This document shows, one piece after another, positions 1 through 12,000 of a stretch of DNA of 58,993 nt. This DNA comes from Dimargaris cristalligena (taxonomy: Eukaryota). Numbering within the stretch: the first letter of the stretch is position 1; every line of letters starts with the position of its first letter. A model generated the notes under the pieces. The model was not told where the DNA came from. It saw only the letters and a program-made list of their open reading frames with translations, and did no database searches. The stretch spans positions 1 through 58,993 of the forward strand of contig ML002249.1 in assembly GCA_003614675.1 (NCBI GenBank), read 5' to 3'. The position numbers and the translations under genes were made by a program.

Positions 1-119
1 ATAATAGAGAAAGGGAGAGAAGGTCCCAGACAATAATATTAGTCATCACAAAGGATAGGTAATACTCAGGTAACTAATAAATTCAATGTGAAATAATAGA
101 AGGGAAAAAGGGAAAGCTA

Positions 120-765
120 TTTTTAACTGTACTTTGAACAGGGGCAGGGGCTCATTCACTTGTCAGGGGTATACTTCCAATAAGTGCTAAAAATAGATAA
201 AAAATAAAAGTAGATAAAAGTGTTAGGTTCACCATATATCCCATCAAAATAATGACCTACCATTGTAGCTTCAATGGTTGGGTGATGGAATTGAACCCCC
301 TATTAGGATAACTGGGTTTTCTATAAGATGTTATAACTACTGACCCTATCAGACCATTGGGCCTCAGCATTACAAATGTGGCCTAATTGTCTGGAGGTAT
401 TATTGTCTGGAATACCTGGCTTTATTTATATTTAAGGAATTCTCCTGGAACATATAGGAATAGTACAGTTAGAATTGAATGGTAACAATCATTGTTTAGC
501 TGAGCAACTAAATGGGTGGTGGGTAACCAGAGGTATATGAATTAACATTGAGGGAATGAGGAAAATGGTGGGGGGGATTAGTTCATGAGTAATGACAAAT
601 ACAATTCAGGTAGAGCAGGTGATACTGGCTAGAAGTCCACTGGATATAACACTGAGACAGAGCCTGGTGAATCAGCAATTGGCTATGCTTAAAAGAACTA
701 TCCTCTGAATAGCTCCATTTTTTTTTATTTGGCCTCCCCAAACATAGTCTGATGTTGGTGAGTTT
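120..765 (-). pseudogene. CpG-free, intron-containing gene relic (may continue off the window start)
   Basis: Minus-strand intron-like segment 260-187 (gtaggt...ctaac...tttttag) joins '...GHICNAEAQWSDRVSSYNIL*KTQLS**GVQFHHPTIEATM' to 'HLLEVYP*QVNEPLPLFKVQLK'. I found no CG dinucleotide in 1-765. Confidence 0.4.
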
Positions 766-1319
766 CGAGTATCCCAGGCCATAGGAATCACTGAATGGCC
801 CTTTGGGTTCTATAGTCATGGCAAAAATTGCAGGAGGCTGAGAGGACAATGGAGCATATTGGAGACAGGTGGTCAGACGTCACAGGCCGCGTGGACCAAG
901 CCATTGTTGATAAATCGTTAAACCGGCGGAGGCCATAGAGGGCGTTTGGAGAGTTTAGCACTGTGCGGTAAGTGCGCGGCGCACCCATGCATCTCTCTCA
1001 GCAAATGACAGCTGCATACCACTCATCCACAGACCCACCCAATATACAGATCGGCAAATCCTCCCTCCCACTTCCCTGGTTCCACTTGACCCACAGTTGT
1101 TGGCTATTCAGGGCCATATTGGAATGCAACCTACTGCTTAACTGGGGGACGTTACTAGTTACTACCTTTAAGCCATCCACCGGTGCTCTGCCTCTCAGGT
1201 CTTTCCTTATTTCCTCAGAATTTACCTTTCCATATTCCCATTCCTATTTCAGCCCCGCTAAACCTGTCCCATCTGTACATTCTTCCACGCCTACCTGCCC
1301 CGACTTCGTCATTGCCGAC

Positions 1320-3272
1320 ATGGCCACTATACCCTATAGCCATGTTCATTCAAAGCCGTTCCGAACCCCACCGCACACGACCCGTGGCCGTGTAACCGAT
1401 GCAACCAAACCCGGGGCCTTAAACGAGCAAATCAGCCAGGTGTACGCCCGCCTGCAATGCATGTCCACCCTCTTCAAAGAGAAACATTTACCCGCATCCG
1501 CATCCTCCCTGTCGGATACATTGGCGGCCACTGCGACTCCCCGTCGAGCGAATGCGGTGGGCTCCGCCGAAAGCCAGCCTACTCCTTCCTCCCCGACTAT
1601 ACCCGAATCCACCACGCTGTTGCGAATAGCCCCCGACTTAACCGAAGGTAGAGATGGTGGTGGCACGTCTTGCGTTTGCCAAGAAGTATGTACCCCGGCA
1701 TCGCCCGGCCACTGTGGGCAATGCAGCCTGCCCCTAGCGACCGTCCAGGCTCTGCGCCAACAACTGGCGGACCTGCAAACCGAACTCGATCAGTCTCGGC
1801 ATGCCATGCGTAGTCTCCAGCGGCAAAACGATTTGCAACGCCACGATATTGACGAGTTTTCCGAGCGCATCATTCGCCTGGAGGACGAGCTTGACCAGGG
1901 CCGCCAGGAAGCGGCGTCGCTGCGGACCGATGTGCGCGTTCTCAACGAAAAAGTGGTGGACGAAATCGAAAAGGTAGCGGAAACCCAGCATGCGAAGCAG
2001 TTGGTCGAAGAGGAACTGGAGGAGCTTAGCCAAAAGCTGTTCGAACAGGCCAATGGGATGGTGGCATCCGAAGCCCGCCAGCGCCATGAAACGCAGAGCC
2101 AACTATCGGAGACCCGCCAGGAACTGGAGGAGCTGCAGAGTCATTTCGCTGCCGTGGAACTCCGGCACAAACAGATGCAGGCCGAAAACGAGCGGCTCAC
2201 TGCGCAACTGGCGGCCCAAATGTTCGATCGAGCGACCGGAGCTCCCCAGGCCGAGGCCGCCGTTGGTGGCGATTCCGAGAAGAGACCCATCCCAGCTTCT
2301 ATCAGCACCGCCTCTATGGTCTCGGGCCTGACCGACCCCGACCCAGTGGAGCGCCCTTCATCCCCCCTCCTCGACCAAGTTACGGACGAACAGCTTTTTC
2401 TCGAGTTCCAGGACTTTGTGTACCACTGCTCGTCGTCCAAACTGTTCAAGGTCCACTCATTCAATTTTATGAAGAACTGCTTGGCCGAAGACGTTGAGCC
2501 CGGTCTCCGGTTCGGTCCCACCCCACGCATGTCGTCCAAGAACCTACTCGATGCCATTCTCTACGACACCCTTATTATCGAACCCGTCACCCAGGACGAG
2601 CGTCTCGTGGCTCCCCCACCAGTGGAGACCACCACCGCGTCGGTGGCCACCCGCTTCCTGTCGTCCAAGCAGGCGCTACTCTGGGAACGTTTCAGCGGCA
2701 CCGTGACCGCCAATCCCCACGGCTGCCAAGCGTGTGGCCGCACTGGGGACTGCACCTACCGGTTCCAAATGGGCTACTACGAGGAGAACGAGGAATGGTG
2801 TTACGTGGACCAGTTCTGCCGCGATCGCCTCACCTCGGTGTGCGAATTCTACCAGTTTATCCGGAATATTTACCAAGGACTCTACAGCAACCGTAGTATG
2901 CAGGAGCTGTACATGGAGTCCCAGCGGCTGCGGCTGCGGATTCTCTACGCCCGGATGGGGTCGTTTAGCCTGTTCCAACTCAACCCAGGGTATCTGATTC
3001 GGAAGCTCAACACACCGAATATGGCGCCCCGCAAACCCAGCATGCACCGGCTATCAGGTGCTTCCACGGCTGGCGCCTCCAGTCAGCCGACGGCCCCGTC
3101 CACCCCTGTGCCTGCAACGGCGGAGGTGGATGCGGATGCAGATACAGTTGCGGCCGCAACCGGCGCGGAGGCCCTACCCGATAACTGCCCTCCGGAAAGG
3201 GCGCTCAGCCCAGGCGCATCATCCCTTCGGGGAGGAGAATTGCCCGGCTCGCCCGAGAAAAAGCCGGTATAA
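1320..3272 (+). CDS. SEC2: Rab guanine-nucleotide exchange factor, Sec2/Rabin8 family (single exon)
   Basis: Long coiled coil with the Sec2 signature 'EEELEELSQKLFEQANGMVASEAR', then 'FMKNCLAEDVEPGLRF' and a C-terminal Cys-rich domain (CQACG...C...DQFCRDRLTSVCEFYQFIR). Start placed at ATG 1320 (MATIPY); the ORF-track extension from 972 is not ATG-initiated and looks like UTR. Confidence 0.88.
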   Translation: MATIPYSHVHSKPFRTPPHTTRGRVTDATKPGALNEQISQVYARLQCMSTLFKEKHLPASASSLSDTLAATATPRRANAVGSAESQPTPSSPTIPESTTLLRIAPDLTEGRDGGGTSCVCQEVCTPASPGHCGQCSLPLATVQALRQQLADLQTELDQSRHAMRSLQRQNDLQRHDIDEFSERIIRLEDELDQGRQEAASLRTDVRVLNEKVVDEIEKVAETQHAKQLVEEELEELSQKLFEQANGMVASEARQRHETQSQLSETRQELEELQSHFAAVELRHKQMQAENERLTAQLAAQMFDRATGAPQAEAAVGGDSEKRPIPASISTASMVSGLTDPDPVERPSSPLLDQVTDEQLFLEFQDFVYHCSSSKLFKVHSFNFMKNCLAEDVEPGLRFGPTPRMSSKNLLDAILYDTLIIEPVTQDERLVAPPPVETTTASVATRFLSSKQALLWERFSGTVTANPHGCQACGRTGDCTYRFQMGYYEENEEWCYVDQFCRDRLTSVCEFYQFIRNIYQGLYSNRSMQELYMESQRLRLRILYARMGSFSLFQLNPGYLIRKLNTPNMAPRKPSMHRLSGASTAGASSQPTAPSTPVPATAEVDADADTVAAATGAEALPDNCPPERALSPGASSLRGGELPGSPEKKPV

Positions 3273-3798
3273 GCATACTACTCTTCTCACGGTAGGAAAG
3301 CGATCCGCGTGAATACGCATCCACTTGCTTGGATATTATTACTCCATTTCAATGCAATTTGGGCATATTAATATATAGTACACCATCCACTCCTGAATAA
3401 ACCCGGCCTAAATGGGGGTGTTAAATTGGATCCAAACTGTGTTTGCGGCCATGGTTTTGGTGGGTAATTTCCACCACTTCAAGCTCCCGGAAGGCGATGT
3501 TCTGTCCAACGGGGTATTCCTTCGATTAAACCATTCCATTAAATCACCAGTGCGAGAAATAGATACATATAACGAGGGGCTATGATTTATTGAGACGAGC
3601 CGGGTGAGGGATTACAATTATATAGAATAAGTCGACGATACACCCCTCTCCATCAAAGGAATGATAGACAGGGTTATCAGTAAGAGGTTGTGGAGCTATA
3701 ATAAACAAAATATATAACGTAGGTCGGATTGATTGCAGATCGGAGAAGGATAGGGAGGGTAGTCCAGCCGTCGACCAACCGCACTTTTGGAGCCCATT

Positions 3799-6209
3799 TT
3801 AGACCTGGTCAATTTCCTTCGCCACCAGGGCGACACTTTGGTCATAAAATTGATTCGGGTGAATTATTCGGTCAACGTTGGTATCGAGGGTGGCGGTGGC
3901 CCCGCCCCGACCTTGAGTGCCCTGGGAATCCGAGGGGGGCATGACCGGCCGGCCTGGTTTGGCCATAGCCGCCCGGTGGGTAACCTCAAATTGGCGGGTG
4001 CAAGCTAATTGGCAATGACCCTGCTGGGCCAAATCGATGATTCCGTTCACATCACCGTCGCTCAGCTGTTGCTGGCGTAAACTGGTGGCGAGTTGGTCTT
4101 TCGAGAAATGCTTGAAAGGACATCCGTGGTAATCGCCGGCCCCGGGCTGGTTGCTGGTGATGATTTTATTGCAGCTGAATATACGAATATGTGTAGATAT
4201 TTAAACATATATAGAAAGAGAGAGGGGGAGAGACGAATAAGACGAGGCAGTTTTATCAGGCGGAAATAATTTATCAATATGGCTGAAGTTCAGCTTGGCT
4301 GTACAAGGGTTTAACTGATATGTGTATGGGAAAATCGGTGGGATGTTTATTTTCAACCAGTAGTATTTGCCTCATCAAATGGATCTTTCGTTATACAGCC
4401 TCGCTGAACTACTCCCATATAGTAGCATCCATGAGAGCGATATAACCTGTCATTGGTTTAGGTGGCCAATAGCTGGGATTCGCTTGTGGTCTGGACACCC
4501 GAAAAGACTCAAACACATGATGGAGAGCATAATTGACTGACCTATAGGGACTGTAGTTGGTCCGTTTGCCTTCGAGACCGTACATATGACGAAAGCTGTA
4601 CGTATGTTCCTTTTGGAATTTATCGTCCGTTATGTGCCGGAACGCCTGCCGCCAATAAATGAGGACTTCTTCCAAAGACACGCCAATACCCTGGGTGGAC
4701 AATCGAAGATGGTCATTATAAAACGATTGCAATAATAAAACCAGGCGGTGAGACACATGCGCCAGAAGTACCAGCTGACAATTCGTTCATGCAACATTTA
4801 TATGACGGGGTTAATTTGCCGAAACCGGGATGTATCCCCCCCATGGCGCTTACCTTGAGAAATAGGTTGTATTGCATGCGGCCACCATGGCGTAAATGGC
4901 CCTGGTCTTTGAGGGTACTTTGTAAATGACGCATACACATCGGGAAGTGTACCGATTGCTGGGGCCGGGAGGTAGTTGTTAAAAAGCATCAATTGATATA
5001 TAATAAGCACAGAATTAGGATACTATAGCGTAGGAAAGCCTTTTGCAAAGTACAGGGTCGGCAACCAGACCCCACGACATGTGAAAGGAAATGCTTGACT
5101 TACCGCATCAATATCCTGCGCGCTGATTTCGCCGGACGTGTTTTTGGCCCGATATTCCATGCTGGCCTGCTGCGAGCTGAGGTTCTCCAGGATCGGTCCT
5201 AGACGGTCTTCTTCGTCTATACGGGTGAGCATTTTGGCCATAACCTGAGGAATTAAAGGGATAAATTGGCGAACAATGTGTAAGGGTGGGTGAGAAGCAT
5301 GGTCTAAAGCGAATAGTTGTACTGCTAGTGCGGAGTGGGTACCACCACAGTCGAACAGATAAAGACCCTCTCCCCCAGCTCCAATTCCATTGATATGGCG
5401 TAGACAGCACCGATTCAACAACTGCTTAGTGAGATAGCCGTAGATGTTCGGACCTATTAAGTTCCGGGGAAGCTAATGGTCGCCGGGCAAACTGATAGGC
5501 AATCCATGTATAAACCCAGGAGGGTATTCTGACATACCGTAAGGGATTTCTCCAGACGCTTTTTGAACTCGTTGACCACCAACACGGCCTGATCCGAAAT
5601 CGGCAAGTAGGCCTTACCGCCGTGGAGGTAAACCTGTCGCCGCTGGACCAGGTCCAGCACCTGCACAAAGTCCACTTCCACAAATGCCTCCTGGTCGACA
5701 TTCTTATTGGGACCCGACCCCGCCCGCAGCAACTCGGCCATGGCCCGCTTCGTTTCGGGGGACACCATTTTCTGGTGGAAATCAGGTAACTGCTCTAGAA
5801 AAGCCTGGCGCTCATCGGTGGTGGCGTTGGTGAAGCGTAGTTTAAACAGGGCCGTTTCGAAGCGCAAGAACCAGGCCCGCGACTCGCTGGTCTTGCTGAA
5901 GGCCAACCGGAGGATAAAGTGACTGACGTGGTCCTTTTGGCGCTCCTCCTGCCAAGCTGCTTTGCGGGTTTGGTTGAGGTTCGTGGAGAGCGGCATAAAT
6001 TTCTGGAGAGTGGGCTGTAGGGCCGAGGAGATGTCGGTGTCGCTTTTAATGCGAATCATGGCACTTTCGAGGGCTTTGAGAACCTGTAACCGGTCCAGGG
6101 CCCAGAGCTCGACATCCTCTACTGTAATGGTGGACTTGGGAGGGTAGAGATAGAAGTTGAGACGGTGCGGATACCGAGCTTGGGTCGAAATGCGGCGGTC
6201 CACCACCAT
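3799..6209 (-). CDS. PRI2: DNA primase large subunit (p58); 5 exons: 6209-5538, 5244-5104, 4958-4854, 4690-4542, 4174-3799
   Basis: Motifs '[10 protein letters not shown]', '[10 protein letters not shown]', '[13 protein letters not shown]', 'HFPMCMRHL', '[18 protein letters not shown]', 'YSPYSCNKII', '[10 protein letters not shown]', 'QLAC', 'HPNQFYDQS' (four Fe-S cysteines). GT-AG junctions keep the frame. Confidence 0.95.
4277..4420 (+). mobile_element. 144-bp MITE-like element, copy 1 (inside PRI2 intron 4)
   Basis: Aligns end to end with 21592-21735 and with the reverse complement of 44551-44694. Imperfect ~29-bp terminal inverted repeats (atatggctgaagttcagcttggctgtaca / tatacagcctcgctgaactactcccatat). 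Confidence 0.8.
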
Positions 6210-6828
6210 GGTGAATGTGTAGAACTGGGGCTGGGGGAATTGGAAATAACGGCGCAAAACAAGGCAATGGAGAGTAATTTGGTCGTTCAAAAGGCGGAAA
6301 GGGGCTTGCAGCAACGACCGAGATGTAATAAATGGGGAGTTTTAAGTTTAAGCGATCCCTTTGGAATGAACTACGGCAGTATACAGACGGAGTACAACAT
6401 AGAAACGGCGGTGGGTTGTTTACTATTTCGCTTGCCGTTTCTGTAGCGGTAGTAGTCTTTTCAATGTTTACAAGATACCCAATGGACTTTTCCTTACACA
6501 GATGTGGGAAGGGAGGGGGGGGGCACATCCTTGGAAATCACGGGACTTGGGCTGTACCAAGTTATTTACAGCCAAGCTTCATGGAGATTTGGTAATGGAG
6601 AAAGAGAGAGGGGGTCGCCAAACCAGAATGTACGCTTCTTGGCCATTGGCTCTAATTAGCCGGATGCTTTCTTTACCTATTCAAACCTAGTCTATTAAGT
6701 CGGCCTTTTTTGTTCTCGGATAATGAACCTCCATTTCTACTGATGGTTCCTGTACATTTATTTACCCTACCATTATTGAGTTTATAGCCAGTTCCCACGA
6801 ACCATATAATATATATCCAGACGGTACC

Positions 6829-7628
6829 ATGGCTGGCCGACAGCATCCCCCCACGCATTCCCGTCCCTACCGGCCCCGCGAAAAACCCATCTCCTCGCAT
6901 GTCTACTACTGCCTATGTGGTGAATACAACCTCATTCTAGGTAAGCCTTGCAACAGTTCTACCCATTGCCAATGAGAGAGGGTGGCGTCCCTGGCCAACT
7001 GCTTTCCACGTAGGGGCACCAGCCACCACCTTATGGTACTATCTAACTTGGTTTGGTCTTTTGGGACGCGCCCACGTCCACGAATCATTCATTACCACCA
7101 CCGGATAGTTTCCACTAAGCCCTTGTCGGACTTTCCTCAACGCATCACCGACAGTGCCTATATAATCGACAACACCCAGATCAAACACTCGTGGAACGCC
7201 AAACGTGGTGAAACGGTGCTATTGAAACGGTAATGTTTCCCCCAGTTGGATTTTTTTGCTATACAACGTTGCCAGAGTGTATACATATTCACTTATTTTC
7301 CAAATATCCATGCTGCAATCTTACCCGGAATTACTGAGCTGCCTCAATGACCTGGCCGATGCCCTCTCATCTACTCCAATTAACCATTACACTTCAATTT
7401 GGATACTCTACTTTGCCCGATGATGTATGTCTGACGTATAGGAGCGATGGGTACGAGCAGCAGGAGCGGTACCATTGCCGCCGCTGCGATCTTCTAGTCG
7501 GCTACAAGGCCACAGGGGAATCCCACAGCGGGGACTATTCGTATATACTAGCAACCGCCCTTACTGAAGCACCCGGTGCTGTCCCGGTGGCCCTCCAGAA
7601 CGAAGTCAAAAGTTCACTAGGCCGATAA
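6829..7628 (+). CDS. STEEP1/CXorf56 (UPF0428) family protein; exons 6829-6940, 7109-7229, 7442-7628
   Basis: Spliced product reads 'HVYYCLCGEYNLILVSTKPLSDFPQRITDSAYIID...GETVLLKRSDGYEQQERYHCRRCDLLVGY', matching the CXorf56 pattern HVYYCLCG...L..LP.R..D...ET..LRR..G.E.Q.R..C..C.L...Y. Canonical splice sites keep the frame. Confidence 0.85.
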
Positions 7629-8088
7629 ATCTAGTCCGATTTTAAGGGCCTATTGCTTAGACAGGGCCTGGTCACTTCATAATAAAGACTTCTTCGCCTC
7701 ATCCACACCGTAGTATGCCCATTTTGAATCCGGCTATTGTATGTCGAATGGTGCTCTATTCACACCCGATTTTCCCCAACCCGGGCAATGCATCTCCATC
7801 TGCCCGCCCAGACCCTGTGGGAAATGTCTAATTATGGTATGGCCTACCTGGTGACTGCTGGGATCACGTACTTCAGGGCTGATTTTTTAAATAATAACAA
7901 GGATGAACGGGGCTGTTGGCTCCATGGCACGGGGTGGTGGTGAGCCCAAGGACAATGGGCAATGCCCCCGTTTTATAGTTGTACTTGGGATGATCGGAAA
8001 CCCTGATGCTTTACGACTCCTAGGGGATTTACACGCACCACTACACTCTCTCTTGATGAGGCATGTATTTTTAGGTAGTATGTATATA

Positions 8089-8132
<44 letters not shown>
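8089..8132. repeat. Compound microsatellite (AT)n(AG)n
   Basis: Read directly from the sequence. Confidence 0.9.
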
Positions 8133-9066
8133 TCTGTTTTAGATCACACGTCATAATTGAGACACCCTGATGCAGTTAGTAGGCGTGGTCATGTCGGTGA
8201 CCAATAGTGTGAGCGGGGATGACAGGCTTGGTCTTACTTACTTACTTGCAGTCTGTGTTATTTAATCCAGTCATCCCATACTACACACCACACAGCTCAA
8301 AGCACTTGCTGGTGGGTGGGTTGAGGAATATCCGTAAAGTAGTAGGTTCCTTTGGGGGATTCACACGCGCTGAGCCATTGGGGTCGGTTTGGCCAGGCGA
8401 GGGGCTAAAGAATGTCACCCCACCGGTGAGTCTTTCTTTCATGGGGCAGCACTACCCAGTCGTCGTTGGATATTTCATTAATAACCCAGGCCAAGTGGAG
8501 GAGGAATGCTATGTATTTATAATATACATATCTAGCTTGGGCTTATCAATGGACTATATATATACTGCTCTCCATTCTATTAATTACCCAACAGGTGCTA
8601 TTTTCCTTTTAATGGGCCATTTTCCTTTACAGCCCACCCAATTTTTTACCAATATCCGCGGTCGCTGACTGGCTGGTTGGTTGAATAGCGTAGCAGGTAG
8701 TTTGGTGGTAGTAGAGTGACCTTCTCCCTCCTTCCGTCTTTCCGCACCCTGCTGCCCTCTTCCTTTCCTAGACCTGGTCTGGTGAGTCCATTGCTTATTC
8801 GCTGTGTCTAACTTTTCTTTCCCGTTCCCACTCCGTAATTCTAAGTAGCTGAAGTGATTACACATACATATATTCGCCCAACTACCCTCTCTTCTACCTA
8901 TCTATCTTTACTTCTATCCTCCCCACCTTTGGCATTAGTCTACGCTTATACTACACCCAGTCGCACTACCGCTAAGTAGAGCTATCTTATTATATCGAGT
9001 TCTTCAAGCGCCGCCATACCTACTTTACCCAAGTAGCGTGGTCGTTTCCCCCCTTTCCGACTCCTC

Positions 9067-12000
9067 ATGCCTCGAGGCCAGGCTTCCAAATCCTCGGCGA
9101 ACTCGACCAAGCGCACCACCCCCCTCAAGCGAAGGCGCTCCATCTCAAACTCTTCAACCGGCCTGGATTCCACTGTCTCCTCCTCGTCGGTTCTCCCTCT
9201 TTCGACTCCCGACCCCAACAACTCGCCCTCCAAGCGACGCCGCTCCGCCCGTATTTCCGCCATGTCCGCCAACGAAAAACAGTCCGACCCCACCGTGGAG
9301 TCCAAGTCGGGCCCCTCCACTTCTCTGGGCCAAACGTAAGTAACCCGGCCCTACTTGCCCATATATATATATTTATATGCGCCAGCGTAGCTTTCATGCG
9401 CTGTCCCAAATGATAGACCATATCCTACTCCACTATATACGTCCTTAATCCATTGCATATGACGGACGTTATGCAGTTATCCGTATGCCACCTATTGGCC
9501 ACATCCGACGATGGTAACGGGCGGCTTGTACAACGCCCGCCCTCTCGCTGACTGCTTACCAGTGATGCTAACCCCATCTCCCTTACCATTTCTCCCCCCA
9601 CCCCCTGATCAACCGACGTGGATTAGTCGAGCGGCCACCGCTCTTGGTACTCGATCCAGTACTCGCTCCCGCTTGGCCAGCCCATCGCACCCCCGTCGAT
9701 CCCCCAATTCATCGCAGGAGGACCTGGATGGCCTCCAGCTCCTTTCGCCCTCTAACCGTAACACTAGTCAACTCCCCACGGACCGAGCTAACCCAATGGA
9801 TTTGTGCGAAATCCTTGCGACAACCACTCCCCCTGCGGAGCCTGTTGCCCCAGCTGTCCTTGCCGCTACTCTACCGAATTCCGGGACCATCCGGCTGCCT
9901 ACCCAGGCCTCATCAGTCAATCTGCCTCAGGACTCCGAAATGCCCAATTTGACTTCGGTTTTATCCGGATCCCGCGATGATACTGACGCCGGTGTATTAG
10001 AAGAGTGGATTGACGAGTACGATGACTCTGATTCCAGTTCGGATAGTAATTCGGACAGTAATGATGATGAAGATGGCCATGGCGACGACGACGACGAGGA
10101 TCATGGCGAAATGAACAGTGATATGGACAGTGACGCCGATCATGGCACTCAAGAAAGCCAGGAGGATGCGTTGGCTAACTCGAATCCACTTCGGGCTTTG
10201 GGGCTGGGCAATTTTTCCCTGGGCCAAGCCGCCCAGTTTATGGCCGGACTTAACTTTAACTCACCCAACTCCAACTCCCAGTTCCGTACCCTTCTTACCG
10301 CCATTAAAAACCGAGACGATCCCACCACGCAGCTCATGGCTCTCCAGGAGTTGGCTGAATTGCTTTCGATTGCCACCGAAGAGAGCCTGGCGGGGCAGTT
10401 CAACCTGGACGTCTACGCCAGGGAATTGGTGGCTATACTGAAGGGCCCTGATGCCGCCGAAAACGCCGCTTCCCAGGATACCGGGGCTTACGCCAACGAA
10501 TACGAACTCATGCTGGCCGCCATGTATGGCGGTGGTGGGGCATCGACCGGAGGGGTTAATCTCGATTTAATGCTGCTGGCCTGCCGCTGTATTTTTAACC
10601 TGATCGAGGCTTTCCCGCCGGCCATACCCGCGGTGGTTGCCCACGGCTTGATTCCGGTACTCTGTAGTAAGCTCCAGTCCATCGATTTCACCGAATTGGC
10701 CGAGCAGGCCCTAAGTACCTTGGAAAAGGTGTCGGCGGGCTTCCCCGCCGCCGTGGTACGCGAGGGCGGGCTGTCCGCCGCTCTGACCTATTTCGATTTT
10801 TTTGCTATCCATGTGCAACGCACGGCCATCACCACCGCCGCCAATTGCGCAACCCGAATCACGCCGGACCAGTTCCCGCAAGTTCGCGAGATCATTCCTA
10901 TTATCGACCGGCTGCTCGACTACAGCGACCAGCGGGTGGTTGAGCAGACCTGTCTGTATCTGTCCCGCGTGGTACGCTGCTTCCGAGGAGATGCCGATAA
11001 ATTAAACCAACTCGTTAGCGATGACACCCTTAATAGGCTCCTAGGGTTTATCCGCCAGGCCGCCCCCCGGACCCGAGCTGAAGGGGATGGTGACCAAAGG
11101 GGTGACTCTAACCCGTCGGTTACTCTCAGCTCCCCTATTTTCGGCCGGGTGGTGCAAACCTTAGCCCTAATAGCCCGGGAATCAACCCACCACACTCTTA
11201 TCCTTCTCCAATTGGAAGTGGTGGATAATGTATGCGCCCTATTTGCCACTCGACCGGCCACAACGAGCCAGGGTTCTACGGTCAGCAACACCGACGGGGA
11301 GGCCCCTTTCCCGAAGGACTTTACTCTCAACGACCTGCCCGCCGATAAAATCAGCGACTTCCTAAGCCTATTAACTGACTTACTCCCTCTGCTACCGTGC
11401 CAAAAACCCGAATCCCGGCCATCCTCACTTGGCGGCCCCTCGGGTCGAGGCCCGAATACACCCAACGCCAATGAACCGTTAACTTCGTCGACGGTGGATA
11501 ATGAGAAGCGCCAAACTATCTATCAGGACCACCCAGCCTACCGGGACCAGTTCGGGGAACGGGCCTTACCCATCTTCCTAAAACTGTTCCAGACCGCCAT
11601 GGGCACAGACGTACGTAAACGAGTCGCTGTATTCATCCTGAAAATCGTCCATTTGTTGGATACGGACCAAATTAGCCGGTGGGTTACCCCGTTACCTTTC
11701 ACTGGTGCATTGGCCCACAATCTGTCCCAAGACCAGGCCCCGCTCTACCTCGTTGTTGCATCGGTGCTCATCATTACCCTGCTTACGGAAAAATGCCCCG
11801 CTTTCTACATTGAACGGTTCCGCCGGGAGGGTGTTGCCCACCAATTGAGGCAGATCCGGTCCCGACTGACTGAGGAATACACGAATATCGATTCCACGCC
11901 TGACTCCTCCGGTGAACCAGTTGACTGTGACGAGGCCAGGTACGAGATGCTCGAACCATCCCTCCAGCCCGGCATGGTTAGTACTCCTTTGGACACCCTC

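Noticed and set aside
972..1319. N-terminal 116-aa extension of the SEC2 ORF
   Set aside because: Begins at a GTG and has pyrimidine-rich, UTR-like composition; ATG 1320 is the more plausible start, although ATG 987 cannot be excluded.
6210..6890. E2F/MCB/SCB-like sites near PRI2 (ggcggaaa, cgcgaaa)
   Set aside because: Imperfect matches, one inside the neighbouring CDS; expected by chance.
9511..9626. ORF-track start of the 1927-aa UFD4 ORF
   Set aside because: Lies within an intron (9336-9626, with branch site gctaac and a polypyrimidine tract); the real first exon starts at 9067.
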